Shown: one piece after another, positions 34,901 through 45,106 of the stretch | Position numbering within the stretch: the first letter of the stretch is position 1 | How the letters are laid out: every line of letters starts with the position of its first letter | Virus record (IMG/VR): IMGVR_UViG_3300020414_000008 | Location: 1-64,000 of that record | DNA: 64,000 bases | Origin: a virus | Taxonomy: Duplodnaviria; Caudoviricetes | Reading direction: 5' to 3' (one strand) | Notes under the pieces: generated by a model | What the model saw: the letters and a program-made list of their open reading frames with translations, nothing else | Told to the model about the DNA's origin: nothing | Database searches by the model: none | Program-made: the position numbers and the translations under genes

Positions 34901-35182
34901 ATGGCAGAAAAAGTTGTTAAAGAATTCTCTCAAGAAGAGAAAAATAAAATTGAAAATATTCAGACTAAGGTTTTACAAATAACTGCAAGATTGGGTGAGA
35001 TAGAAATTGACGTTAATACCCTCGAAACGCAGTTCTCAAATTTAAAAGATGAGAAGATAAATCTTATGAAATCTTATTCTGAATTAAGGGTAGAAGAACA
35101 AACGTTAGCAGGTGAACTAAGAGAAAAATATGGTGAGGGGACTTACGATATTACAACAAATCAGTTCACACCTAACAAATAA
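34901..35182 (+). CDS. Coiled-coil hypothetical protein
   Basis: 93 aa heptad-rich ORF ending KYGEG.YDI; TATTTATA at 34863-34870. Confidence 0.7.
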   Translation: MAEKVVKEFSQEEKNKIENIQTKVLQITARLGEIEIDVNTLETQFSNLKDEKINLMKSYSELRVEEQTLAGELREKYGEGTYDITTNQFTPNK

Positions 35183-35252
35183 GTATTCGTTTTGGAAATT
35201 TTTGGGGTATTTATATAAAGGTAAACCAAAGATTTTAATTTAGGAGAAAATA

Positions 35253-37667
35253 ATGGCAGAAAGAATTGTTAGTCCAGGCGTATTCACAAGAGAGAAAGAC
35301 CTCTCGTTTTTACCTCAAGGTATAGGTGAAATAGGTGCAGCGTTAGTAGGACAAAGTATTAAAGGTCCTGCATTCGTACCAACGAAGGTGGAATCATTTC
35401 AAGAATTTCAACAAGTATTTGGTGGTTTAACTGAAGAATCATACTTACCATATACAGCACAATCTTATTTAGAAGAGGCAGGAACTGCAACAATCGTAAG
35501 AGTTTTAGGTTCAAGTGGATATACAGTAGAAACACTAAACTTAATTGTATCATCTTCAGCAGGTCAAAAAGTAGCAGCGGTATTACACCCAACTACTAAA
35601 GTACTACACGCAGATAATGCAAACTCAATTAACTCACTCGACAACTCAGTAGTAGTTAATCTTAACGAGTCAGCAGCAGCAGGTGGAACAGCAGCATCAG
35701 CATCTATCTTCGCACTACATTTAAGTGCAAGTGGGGCAATACCTGTGTTATCAGCATCAGCACAGTTAGCAGTACCAACAGGTTCGATGAATCCAACAGC
35801 TAACAATTATATAGTAAATACCTTCGGTTACTCTCCTAAAAACGATGGTCAATACGCATACGTCTACCAAGAATTTAGTACATTCGCATCACAATCATTC
35901 GCAACGGGTGAAACTGTGACTGTATCAGTAAATACTTCAAGTGTAGATTATACAAAAGCATATTCTCACGCAACAACACCTTATATTATATCACAAGATG
36001 TATCAGGTGTTACTAAAAACCTATTTAGATTCCATACGTTATCACACGGTAACCCAACAAACTATGAATTTAAAATAGGTATTAGAGATATCAAACCAGC
36101 ATCAGAGGTGCCTGGTTCTGAATACGGTACTTTTACGGTATTAGTAAGAAGAGTAGATACTTCTAAGATTCCTAACTCTGTATTTGGTCAAACTGTACAA
36201 GACAGTGATACAAGACCAAGTATCATAGAAGAGTTCTCAGGTGTAAACTTAGACCCTAACTCACCAAACTATATCAAGAGAGTTATCGGTGATAAAGATA
36301 TTCAAATAGACGCAAATGGAAAAGTAATCTTAAACGGTGACTATCCAAACGCATCTAAACATATTAGAGTAGAGGTTGACAGTGATGTAGATTCAGGTGC
36401 AAACAATTCAACTCTTGTACCATTTGGATTTGCAAAACTAACATCACCACTACCAAGTGGAGTAACTCTACCAGCACCATCATATAATGTATCACAATCG
36501 ATAAGTAATGAATACAATAAGAGAGCATTCTTAGGATATTCATATGACTTCTCAACTACAGATAACTTAAACTACTTAAGTCCAACTCCTGACTCAGTCA
36601 CGACTACAGTTGGTGATAAGTTCTTATTGAGTAACTGTGAATCAAATGGTGCAGCAATCGCATTAAATGATGGATTGATAGATAACAAAAAATTCTTAGT
36701 ACCATTCCAAGGTGGATTTGACGGATTCCAACCAAACAGAAAAGTATTTGTTGGTTCTTCAATTGTAGCAGGAAACTCTCAGGGACTTGATATGTCAAGT
36801 GCAACTGCAGGTGGAACTGTAGCATATAGAAAAGCAATAAACGCTTTATCAAATCCTGATGAGTATGATATGAATATGTTAGTGTTGCCAGGTGTTATCA
36901 ACAGATTACACTCTTCAGTAACTACATTCGCAAAGGATATGGTAGAAGATAGACAAGACGCATTCTATTTAATGGACGCGGGAGCATATCAAGATTCAAT
37001 CGCAACAGTAGTTAACTCACTAACTTCATTTGACTCAAACTACGTTGGTACTTATCACCCATGGGTTAAAATCCTTGACACTGATAAGAACAAACCAATT
37101 TGGGTACCACCAAGTGTTGTTATCCCTGGCGTTATAGCATTTAATGACGCAGTTGCAGAACCATGGTTCGCACCAGCAGGTCTTAACAGAGGTGGATTAC
37201 CAAATGTAATCGAAGTTAAAACAAGATTAACTCACACTGAAAGAGATACGTTATACGAAAATAGAATTAACCCAATCGCAACATTTCCTGGCCAAGGAGC
37301 AACGGTATTTGGACAAAAAACACTCCAAGCAAAACCAAGTGCACTTGACAGAATCAATGTAAGAAGATTGTTAATAGCATTGAAGAAGTTCATCGCATCA
37401 TCTTCAAGATATCTAATTTTCGAAAACAATACGGCAGCGACAAGAAACAGATTCTTAAGTATCGTTAACCCATACTTAGAATCAGTACAACAAAGACAAG
37501 GTCTTTTCGCATTCCGTGTAATTATGGATGAATCAAACAATACACCTGACGTGATTGATAGAAACATCTTAAAAGGAGAGATTTTTATACAACCAGCGAA
37601 AACTGCAGAGTTCATAGTACTTGATTTCAATGTACTACCAACAGGTGCAGCGTTCCCTGAAGGATAA
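35253..37667 (+). CDS. gp18: Tail sheath protein (gp18-like)
   Basis: SPGVFTREKD N-terminus; WFAPAGLNRG, INPIATFPGQG, GQKTLQ, LDRINVRRLL, IQPAKTAEFI. Confidence 0.95.
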   Translation: MAERIVSPGVFTREKDLSFLPQGIGEIGAALVGQSIKGPAFVPTKVESFQEFQQVFGGLTEESYLPYTAQSYLEEAGTATIVRVLGSSGYTVETLNLIVSSSAGQKVAAVLHPTTKVLHADNANSINSLDNSVVVNLNESAAAGGTAASASIFALHLSASGAIPVLSASAQLAVPTGSMNPTANNYIVNTFGYSPKNDGQYAYVYQEFSTFASQSFATGETVTVSVNTSSVDYTKAYSHATTPYIISQDVSGVTKNLFRFHTLSHGNPTNYEFKIGIRDIKPASEVPGSEYGTFTVLVRRVDTSKIPNSVFGQTVQDSDTRPSIIEEFSGVNLDPNSPNYIKRVIGDKDIQIDANGKVILNGDYPNASKHIRVEVDSDVDSGANNSTLVPFGFAKLTSPLPSGVTLPAPSYNVSQSISNEYNKRAFLGYSYDFSTTDNLNYLSPTPDSVTTTVGDKFLLSNCESNGAAIALNDGLIDNKKFLVPFQGGFDGFQPNRKVFVGSSIVAGNSQGLDMSSATAGGTVAYRKAINALSNPDEYDMNMLVLPGVINRLHSSVTTFAKDMVEDRQDAFYLMDAGAYQDSIATVVNSLTSFDSNYVGTYHPWVKILDTDKNKPIWVPPSVVIPGVIAFNDAVAEPWFAPAGLNRGGLPNVIEVKTRLTHTERDTLYENRINPIATFPGQGATVFGQKTLQAKPSALDRINVRRLLIALKKFIASSSRYLIFENNTAATRNRFLSIVNPYLESVQQRQGLFAFRVIMDESNNTPDVIDRNILKGEIFIQPAKTAEFIVLDFNVLPTGAAFPEG

Positions 37668-37715
37668 AAAATAAAAAAAAGACTATTTATTAGAAAGAGA
37701 TAATAGGAGACATAA

Positions 37716-38204
37716 ATGGCACAATTATTAGACCCAACAGAAATTATGTTCACGAACTTTGAACCTAAAATGTCAAATAGGTTCATCATGTACATCGAAG
37801 GAATACCTGCGTACTTAATCAAAACGTCAGCAAGACCTGAGATTCAGAACGGTAAAGTGACAATCGACCACATTAACGTAAGAAGATATGTTAAAGGTCG
37901 TTCAGAATGGCAAGACTTAGCAATCACTCTATATGACCCTGTAGTACCATCAGCGGCACAAGCAGTAATGGAGTGGGTAAGACTACATCATGAATCAGTA
38001 ACAGGTAGAGATGGATACTCTGACTTCTACAAAAAAGACATCACATTTAACAGTTTGGGTCCTGTTGGTGATAAAGTAGAAGAGTGGACATTAAAAGGTG
38101 CCTACATTCAATCAGCAAACTTCTCAGATATGGACTATACAGGAGAAGACTTAGCGACAGTAGAAATGACACTTACATACGATTACGCAATTTTACAATA
38201 CTAA
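37716..38204 (+). CDS. gp19: Tail tube protein (gp19-like)
   Basis: Follows the sheath; W..LAITLYDP, EEWTLKGAY, LTYDYA motifs. Confidence 0.85.
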   Translation: MAQLLDPTEIMFTNFEPKMSNRFIMYIEGIPAYLIKTSARPEIQNGKVTIDHINVRRYVKGRSEWQDLAITLYDPVVPSAAQAVMEWVRLHHESVTGRDGYSDFYKKDITFNSLGPVGDKVEEWTLKGAYIQSANFSDMDYTGEDLATVEMTLTYDYAILQY

Positions 38205-38233
38205 TCATAATGTTACTTTAATATTAAAAATTG

Positions 38234-38259
38234 AAACCCACCAACTCGGTGGGTTTTTT
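38234..38259 (+). terminator. Rho-independent terminator after tail tube
   Basis: AAACCCACC-AACTC-GGTGGGTTT followed by a T-run. Confidence 0.85.
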
Positions 38260-38321
38260 ACTTTTAGTTATATACTTATTAGTGTATACAAAGTAATGGT
38301 TAACCAATATAGGAGTTTAAA

Positions 38322-38585
38322 ATGGCATACAATTTAGTAAGACGTAAAGAAGATAACGTTGTAGAATGGTTCGGTCACGGTTATACTTGGGTAGACAAAG
38401 ATAACGGTGGTGAAGCAGCAACTCACTTTACTATTTCGGAAGAAACTGAAGAGATGAACTTACCAACTGACGGATGGGATTATATCGGAAGAGATAAAAT
38501 CACTATGGATGACGCAGATGTACCTGAAGATAAAGAAGCAGGAGCAATCTTAAACGGTTCAGACGGAAATTATACTTGGGCATAA
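38322..38585 (+). CDS. Small acidic hypothetical protein in its own transcription unit
   Basis: TACTTATT motif at 38273-38280, AGGAG SD, flanked by terminators. Confidence 0.7.
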   Translation: MAYNLVRRKEDNVVEWFGHGYTWVDKDNGGEAATHFTISEETEEMNLPTDGWDYIGRDKITMDDADVPEDKEAGAILNGSDGNYTWA

Positions 38586-38608
38586 GTTCAAAATCTTCAA
38601 AAAACACT

Positions 38609-38634
38609 AACCCCCATCTTTTTGGGGGTTTTTT
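38609..38634 (+). terminator. Rho-independent terminator
   Basis: AACCCCCA-TCTTTT-TGGGGGTT followed by TTTT. Confidence 0.8.
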
Positions 38635-38706
38635 GTATTAATTAATCTGCTGTTTCATATATATTATAGTACAGTACATTAAAAAAGATATAAAACGAGT
38701 TTTATT

Positions 38707-39585
38707 ATGGCAAATCAAAAATTAACTGACGACTACCCTCTTTCTAACGAAGAGTTGGTAGAAAAAGTCAAAAAGGACCATGAATCACAACAAGTTCGTG
38801 ATTACAAGTTCCCCACAGAGATTATAGATTTACCTTCCAATGGTTTAATCTATCCAAAAGATAATCCTCTCTCAACAGGTAAAGTAGAAATGAAATACAT
38901 GACCGCAAAAGAGGAAGATATCTTAACTACCCAATCATATATCAAAGACGGAACGGTTTTAGACAGATTGTTTAAATCGTTAATCGTAGGTAATGATAAG
39001 GGTCAATCAATCAATTATACAGATTTAGTAACAGGTGACAAGAACGCGATTATGATTGCAGCAAGAGTTCTTGGGTATGGAAAAGACTACAAAGTAGAAG
39101 TAGAAGACCCAACATCGCCAGGAACTAAACAAAAAGAAACTATTGATTTAACACAGTTTGAAAACAAACCATATGACGGGTCTAATCAATTAGAACCAAA
39201 TAAAAATGAGTTTGAGTTCACTTTACCACAATCAAAGAGAAAAATTACTTTTATGGCTATGACTGAGTCAAAAGAAAGAAAAGTAAAACATCAAGTAGAT
39301 GGTATTAAGAAGGCAAATCGTAAGATTAAAGATATGACTTCAAGAGAACTGACTACAAGATTAAAAAATACAATTTTATCAATAGATGGTTCTGATGAAC
39401 AAAAAGACATCAACCATTTTGTGGACAACGAGTTATTTGCAGTAGATTCAAGAGCACTCAGAGCGCATATAGCAAAAGTTATTCCCGATATTGATTTAAC
39501 ATATGAGTTTATTTCTGAGGAGAGCGGGGAAGGGAGTGAAATGCAACTGCCTATGGATGTTGGGTTTTTTTGGCCTAACGATTAA
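38707..39585 (+). CDS. Baseplate hub assembly/tail assembly chaperone (gp26-like)
   Basis: LPS.G..YP, MTAKEEDIL, GDKNAIMIAAR..GYG, FFWP C-terminus. Confidence 0.75.
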   Translation: MANQKLTDDYPLSNEELVEKVKKDHESQQVRDYKFPTEIIDLPSNGLIYPKDNPLSTGKVEMKYMTAKEEDILTTQSYIKDGTVLDRLFKSLIVGNDKGQSINYTDLVTGDKNAIMIAARVLGYGKDYKVEVEDPTSPGTKQKETIDLTQFENKPYDGSNQLEPNKNEFEFTLPQSKRKITFMAMTESKERKVKHQVDGIKKANRKIKDMTSRELTTRLKNTILSIDGSDEQKDINHFVDNELFAVDSRALRAHIAKVIPDIDLTYEFISEESGEGSEMQLPMDVGFFWPND

Positions 39586-39784
39586 CTATAGACAACAGTT
39601 ACATTCTCAAATCTTCGACCTTATATATCATGGAAATGGTGGGTTCAATTTTACCGATGTGTATAATTTTCCTATTTGGGTACGAGAGTTTTATATACAG
39701 AAAATAATCGACTTCAAACAAGAAGAAAAGAAACATCATGATAAAGAAATGAGGAAAGCAAAAGCAAGAACTCCAAGAAGATAG
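39563..39784 (+). CDS. Probable frameshift extension of the chaperone (GT-like; gp51-like sequence)
   Basis: Overlapping +1 frame that is protein-like only from the T7 run at 39565-39571 (FFGLTINYRQQLHSQIFDLIYHG...VYNFPIWVREFYI). Confidence 0.55.
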   Translation, partial: GFFGLTINYRQQLHSQIFDLIYHGNGGFNFTDVYNFPIWVREFYIQKIIDFKQEEKKHHDKEMRKAKARTPRR

Positions 39785-39789
39785 TAGAG

Positions 39790-39813
39790 ACCCAACGTAA
39801 ATGTTGGGTTTTT
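39790..39813 (+). terminator. Rho-independent terminator
   Basis: ACCCAACG-TAAA-TGTTGGGT followed by TTTT. Confidence 0.75.
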
Positions 39814-39846
39814 ACATATTTATACTATATGAACAGAGGAATTCCT

Positions 39847-40071
39847 ATGAAAACTATTAAAGAATCAGATTTAAAAAAAATATTTGACGCGTATGGTTTA
39901 GATGAAGGTATCTTTGATATCTTTACAAAAATGAGACTAAAAAAGAATATCAAAGCAATTGATAATGAAATAGACTCAAAAATAGAAAAAGTAAAAAACC
40001 CTAAACAACGAGACGCAATACGACAACTACAAAAAGCTCTTAGAAAAGCACATTCATTGGATGCTATATAA
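39847..40071 (+). CDS. Small hypothetical protein
   Basis: ATG 39847 has GAGGA 6 nt upstream, preferred over the track start at 39829; TATTTATA at 39817-39824. Confidence 0.6.
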   Translation: MKTIKESDLKKIFDAYGLDEGIFDIFTKMRLKKNIKAIDNEIDSKIEKVKNPKQRDAIRQLQKALRKAHSLDAI

Positions 40072-40084
40072 TTAGAGGAGTACA

Positions 40085-42421
40085 ATGGCAGAGTCTAACG
40101 AACAAAAAAAACAGGCGTATATTGAACAAATAAACCTTGCTGAAAGGTTAAAAGGTATTGTTCAAGAAACGAATATTGAAAGCGACAATGCTTTGAATAT
40201 CGCCGTTGATTTGGAAGAAAAACTGAAAGACCGAATCAAATCTGCAGAAGGTGTTAAAGCGTTAGACGAAGCAATCAGTGAATTATTACTTGAACAGGCA
40301 AGAACTAAGTCTGATATAAATCAAGAAATGATTGATGAACTTACAACTACAAGAGACATTTTAAAACTTGAAGAAGAACGAAAAGACTTAATGGATGGTC
40401 TCAACGACAAATTAAAAGACGCCGCAGGACTAAATAATGACTTTGTTAAAGGATTTATGCAAGGTGGTGGTATTGGAGTTGGTATTGTCGTAGCAACAAA
40501 AGCATTAGAACAATTCCAAAAACTAATGGATAGTACAGTAGGTCTTGCTAAAGACTTATATATTGAAACAGGTGCATCTGCAGCAGAATCAGGAAGAATG
40601 GCAGGTGAAGTATTTAAAGCAGGATTTAGTATAGAAGGTCTGTTATACGGATTTGATGGACTTGCCTCAGCAGCAAAAGAATCATCTGAGTATTTTGGAA
40701 CAACTCGTGGAATCACATCCGAAATGAATAAAAATGTTGCAGAATTAACAGCACTAACAGGTGACGCAGCATCTTCAGTAAAATTAAACGCAATATTCAA
40801 TGAAGCATCAGGTTCAGCAGCAGACATGACTGATGAAATAAGAGCGATAGCAACAAAAGAAGGTGTTAACGCTAATGCCTTATTTAAACAAATGGCAGGT
40901 TCGGCAGGAATATTAGTTGGAGCATCAGCAGAACAACTAAAGAATCTTGCGAAAGCAACTGCGGAATTACAAAAACAAGGTGTTTCAATGCAAATGATGG
41001 AAGAGATTTCAGGAAACGTATTAAACATAGAAAGTTCTTTACAAGCAGAAATGAAAGCAAGAGCATTGGGTCTTGATGATATGGCAGGTTCTGCAAATGA
41101 ATTAAGAGCAGCAGCAATGGAGTTCCAATTCGGAGATGAAGCAACAGGTATGCAAATGATGGGAGACGCACTCGCATCAGCAAATCTTAATATGGAATCG
41201 TTTGGTGAGATGACTCGAGCAGAAAAAGAAGCATCCGCAGCATTGATGGGTACCACGGTTGATGGTTTATCTGATATGATAATAAAACAGGACCAATTCC
41301 AAAAATTAAGAGAAAAGAATCCTGATTTAAGTATGGAAGAACTAAAAGCCATACAAGAACAACAAGAGGAGATGGAAGCATTTAAACAAAGTGGTATAAG
41401 TGCAATGAGTTCCATCGGAGCAGCGATTGGACCACTTATTGGTCAATTTTTGGTAATGAAAAAGGTTCAGACAGGAAGTATGTTTGGTGGTGGAAAAGGT
41501 CCTAATGTAGGTAAAATGGAAGCACCTGAAACACCTAAAAATATGGACGCTAAAAAATCAAAAGGTATTAAGGGATTCTTAAAAGGACTCAGAGATGGAT
41601 TACAGTCATTTGCAAAAGGTGCAGGTAAAACACTATTAGGTGCCGCCGTTTTAGCAGGGGTTGTAGCAATATTAGGTGTTGGATTTAAAGTAGCGATGGA
41701 AATATTGGGTGATGTTGACCCTGTGGGAATGTTAGCATTTTCAGTATCAATAGGGATATTAGGAGCAGCACTCGCTCTGATGGGAGCAATAGGTGGAAAC
41801 GTAATTATGGGTGCAGCAGCACTTGCGATTGTAGCAGTCGCGTTGATACCAGCAGCATTCGCATTTAGTTTATTAGAAAATGTAGACATAGGTAAAATGA
41901 TTGCCTTCTCTATAATGTTACCTCTACTTGCATTAGCAGCAGCCGGACTTGGATTTATTGCTCCATTTGTCATGGCAGGGGCAGCAGCATTAATGGTATT
42001 AGGATTAGCAATAATACCAGCAGCAATAGCGTTTGGGATGTTAAGTGACTCAAACATGGAAGGTATAGTTGATAAACTTGCGACATTAGGTCAAGTAGCA
42101 GGTCCATTACTAATGGTTGGTGCAGGATTAGTTTCAATCGCAGCAGGATTGGCATTGATGGGATATATGGGAATGGGAGCATTACCTATATTAGGAATGA
42201 TGTTAGCATTGTCGGCAGCAGCACCCGCTCTACTCGCGATGGGGTCAATGTTTGGACTCGGTGGTGGTGGAGATGATAGTGGTGCAGAAGAAAGTGACCC
42301 AATCAACTACGATAAATTGGCAACAGCATTAGCAAGTCAACCAATGCAAATAGTTATTGATGGTAAGGTTGTTAGTGAATTTTCAAGAATTCAAAACGTA
42401 AGACAAAGTAAAAAATATTAA
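40085..42421 (+). CDS. Tape measure protein
   Basis: Long Ala/Gly/Met-rich helical protein with hydrophobic C-terminal repeats and IVIDGK end; downstream of tube and chaperone. Confidence 0.8.
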   Translation: MAESNEQKKQAYIEQINLAERLKGIVQETNIESDNALNIAVDLEEKLKDRIKSAEGVKALDEAISELLLEQARTKSDINQEMIDELTTTRDILKLEEERKDLMDGLNDKLKDAAGLNNDFVKGFMQGGGIGVGIVVATKALEQFQKLMDSTVGLAKDLYIETGASAAESGRMAGEVFKAGFSIEGLLYGFDGLASAAKESSEYFGTTRGITSEMNKNVAELTALTGDAASSVKLNAIFNEASGSAADMTDEIRAIATKEGVNANALFKQMAGSAGILVGASAEQLKNLAKATAELQKQGVSMQMMEEISGNVLNIESSLQAEMKARALGLDDMAGSANELRAAAMEFQFGDEATGMQMMGDALASANLNMESFGEMTRAEKEASAALMGTTVDGLSDMIIKQDQFQKLREKNPDLSMEELKAIQEQQEEMEAFKQSGISAMSSIGAAIGPLIGQFLVMKKVQTGSMFGGGKGPNVGKMEAPETPKNMDAKKSKGIKGFLKGLRDGLQSFAKGAGKTLLGAAVLAGVVAILGVGFKVAMEILGDVDPVGMLAFSVSIGILGAALALMGAIGGNVIMGAAALAIVAVALIPAAFAFSLLENVDIGKMIAFSIMLPLLALAAAGLGFIAPFVMAGAAALMVLGLAIIPAAIAFGMLSDSNMEGIVDKLATLGQVAGPLLMVGAGLVSIAAGLALMGYMGMGALPILGMMLALSAAAPALLAMGSMFGLGGGGDDSGAEESDPINYDKLATALASQPMQIVIDGKVVSEFSRIQNVRQSKKY

Positions 42422-42431
42422 GGGATAGAGA

Positions 42432-45104
42432 ATGGCACTAAAAGATTTAAAATCTAATTTATCTGACTTTAGAAAACCTAAATCAGAACCATTGACTAAA
42501 AAGGAAAGACCAAAACCAACGTCTTTCAGTACTACCCCTTTGTCTGATAAGATACAAGATAAAAAAGTACAATCACCAAAACAAACTCCTGAAAAAGTTG
42601 GTACAACACCATCAGAAGTAAAACAAGGTGATAAATTCAAAGGTGAAACTTCACCAACAGTAGTAAACCAAACTGAAAAGTTTAAAGGTGAGACAGATAC
42701 TAAACCGATGAGTTTAGAAGAAAGATTCTTAGGTCAAACAGACCCAACATTAGTAAACCAAACTGAAAAGTTCAAAGGTGAAACTACACCTACTGAAGCA
42801 AACCAAACTGAAAAGTTCAAAGGTGAAACAACTCCTACTGAAGCAAATCAGTCTGAGAAATTTAAAGGTGAAACAACTCCTACTGAAGTAAATCAGTCTG
42901 AAAAGTTTAAAGGTGAAACAACACCATCAGATTTTAAATTTACACAACAGTTCTTAGGTGAAACAACACCGTCTGATTTTAAATTCGTACAACAGTTCTT
43001 AGGTGAAACAACTCCTAATCTATCGGACAGGTCTTCTAAGTTCTTAGGTGAGACTGAACCTGTAGAATCAGACAGGTCTTCTAAGTTCTTAGGTGAGACA
43101 ACACCAAATCCATCAGATAGGTCTTCTAAGTTCTTAGGTGAAACAACTCCTGTAGAATCAGATAGGTCTTCTAAGTTCTTAGGTGAAACAACACCAAAAA
43201 ACTTTACATTTAGTGGACAGTTAGAAAATCAAGGACTTGAAGTAGGTCAAAAAGTCAATTTCTTTACAGATGATAAAGCACTTGGATTCTCACCATTTAT
43301 GACAGGTGTTGATGATACTAAGTTTGTTGGTATTGACCCACAAAATACTAAATTTGATGGTGCAAGTTCTTTGATTGGTAATATCAATGATACACAATAT
43401 CCTGTAAGGTTAGACAACGACTCAGGATTGGGTAAATTCTATACAGATAAAATATTAAAAGAAACATACAATAAATTTAATCTTAAAGAAGACGCATTTA
43501 ATAGGTCAACAATCAAACAACCATTTGATTTAAGAGGTATTCAACGTAAAAAAGGTGAACCTCAAGTAAGTGGTATAGGTTCTACATCTCTTATTAGAGG
43601 TGGTGCAGAAACATCAGTAGAAAGAGGGTTAACTGACGCAGCCAGATTGAGTCAATTTTTATTAACACCTCGTGGTATCATTTGGGCAGTAAAACAAGTC
43701 GGATTACAGAAGAGTCAAAAATTTGCGACTGAGTGGAAACCTGATAATCTATTAGCAACAGTAGCGGGTTCAGGGACGGGATTACATCCTGAACGAGGTG
43801 GTAATTCACTTATTAATAAACTCTCACATTATGTAACAACAGGTGAAGAACTTACAGATAGTAAATTCGTTAGTTTCAAAGACAAAGATGGATTAAGAGC
43901 ACTATACGACACGGTAGAAAAAAAATGGGATGGTGCAAATCCTGAACTAAAATTACAGGAATATAATGGTGGATTTGGTTCAGTATATGGTCTTGGATTA
44001 ACTTCTATTACTCGAGTGATGAATACTCGTGTAAAAGGAACAGTTTGGGGAGAGTTTACACAAAAAGGAACTACAAAAACATATACACTTCAAAAGTTTA
44101 ATCCATTTAAGAACAAAAATAGTGATATAGCGTTTGAAGAAACATATGGTAAGTCAGTTCCACCAGCAAAATCAACAGATGAAAGAAATAAATTTGGGTT
44201 AGCACCTCAAGCTCTTAAAGAAGAAAATACAAAAAAATTAGATGAAAATCTAACACTTAGCTCTGAAGGGTTCAAAACAGGAACTCAACCTGATATAGCA
44301 GACTATTCAAGAATATCGATGGGAATAATGTCGAAGATATCTAAAGATAGACATAAGAGTCCAACTAAACTAACAGACTTTAGACAAGAACAAGATGTTA
44401 AACCTGACAAAACATGGGGTGATAACAATGATGAGAAGATAGAAACTAAATTTGGATTCCCTGATTCAGGTCAACTAAGACAAAAAGATAATAAAACTCG
44501 TTCTCAAAAAAATCAGTGGGGTGATGGTGTAGAAGCATGGCAGGCAGCGGACCCAATACAAAGTTTAGATATTGGTAGTGTTGATACTGATTTAGTAAAT
44601 ATGATATTCCAACAAGGAACAGAGGGTAGTAGAATACAATTTAGAGGAACAATATCAGGTTTAGCAGAAAACTTCTCACCAACTTATACTGAAATAAAAT
44701 ATAGTGGTAGAGCAGAACCTGTATATGTTTATGATACATTTAAAAGAGATATCAGTTTTAACTTTAAAGTTTACCCAACTTCAAGAGCGGAAATGAAACC
44801 GATTTGGAAAAAATTAGAAAGACTATCTACTTATACAATGCCTGATTATCTTGATAATGGTTACACTGCGCCGGGTGAAGATGGTAATAGGGAGTTATTA
44901 CTAACAATTGGTTACTTGTATCAACAAACACCAATGATATTAACTGCATTATCTTACACATACTCCGATGACACTCCTTGGGATATAGATTATGGATTAC
45001 CTATGGGAATCGATATTCAGGTTAGTTGTACAATCCTTGGAAACGAATTACACAAATACGATAGTGAAAAAGTATTTTCATTTAGTACAGATATTAGAAG
45101 TTAA
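42432..45104 (+). CDS. Baseplate/tube-initiator protein with N-terminal repeat region
   Basis: C-terminal FRG.ISG..E.FSP.Y....Y.GRAEPVYVY....RDISFNFKV tube-initiator-like domain; 13 x 15-aa repeats. Confidence 0.65.
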   Translation: MALKDLKSNLSDFRKPKSEPLTKKERPKPTSFSTTPLSDKIQDKKVQSPKQTPEKVGTTPSEVKQGDKFKGETSPTVVNQTEKFKGETDTKPMSLEERFLGQTDPTLVNQTEKFKGETTPTEANQTEKFKGETTPTEANQSEKFKGETTPTEVNQSEKFKGETTPSDFKFTQQFLGETTPSDFKFVQQFLGETTPNLSDRSSKFLGETEPVESDRSSKFLGETTPNPSDRSSKFLGETTPVESDRSSKFLGETTPKNFTFSGQLENQGLEVGQKVNFFTDDKALGFSPFMTGVDDTKFVGIDPQNTKFDGASSLIGNINDTQYPVRLDNDSGLGKFYTDKILKETYNKFNLKEDAFNRSTIKQPFDLRGIQRKKGEPQVSGIGSTSLIRGGAETSVERGLTDAARLSQFLLTPRGIIWAVKQVGLQKSQKFATEWKPDNLLATVAGSGTGLHPERGGNSLINKLSHYVTTGEELTDSKFVSFKDKDGLRALYDTVEKKWDGANPELKLQEYNGGFGSVYGLGLTSITRVMNTRVKGTVWGEFTQKGTTKTYTLQKFNPFKNKNSDIAFEETYGKSVPPAKSTDERNKFGLAPQALKEENTKKLDENLTLSSEGFKTGTQPDIADYSRISMGIMSKISKDRHKSPTKLTDFRQEQDVKPDKTWGDNNDEKIETKFGFPDSGQLRQKDNKTRSQKNQWGDGVEAWQAADPIQSLDIGSVDTDLVNMIFQQGTEGSRIQFRGTISGLAENFSPTYTEIKYSGRAEPVYVYDTFKRDISFNFKVYPTSRAEMKPIWKKLERLSTYTMPDYLDNGYTAPGEDGNRELLLTIGYLYQQTPMILTALSYTYSDDTPWDIDYGLPMGIDIQVSCTILGNELHKYDSEKVFSFSTDIRS
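42633..43196 (+). repeat. 45-bp coding tandem repeat, 13 units (xF[K/L]G[E/Q]TxP + 7 variable aa)
   Basis: Core AARTTYWWAGGTGARAC recurs every 45 nt, in frame. Confidence 0.9.
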
Positions 45105-45106
45105 CT

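Noticed and set aside
39503-39562. Track start of the 93-aa ORF at 39503
   Set aside because: The first ~20 codons overlap the chaperone and look non-coding; a frameshift or ATG 39557 is more plausible.
40321-42306. Long antisense ORFs within the tape measure gene (also in portal, scaffold, fibre and sheath genes)
   Set aside because: Mirror ORFs from codon bias with no recognisable motifs; all credible genes are on the + strand.
42633-43196. Repeat-spacer-like array resembling CRISPR
   Set aside because: The 45-nt period is in frame, cores vary at synonymous positions, linkers are related to each other, and no cas genes are present.
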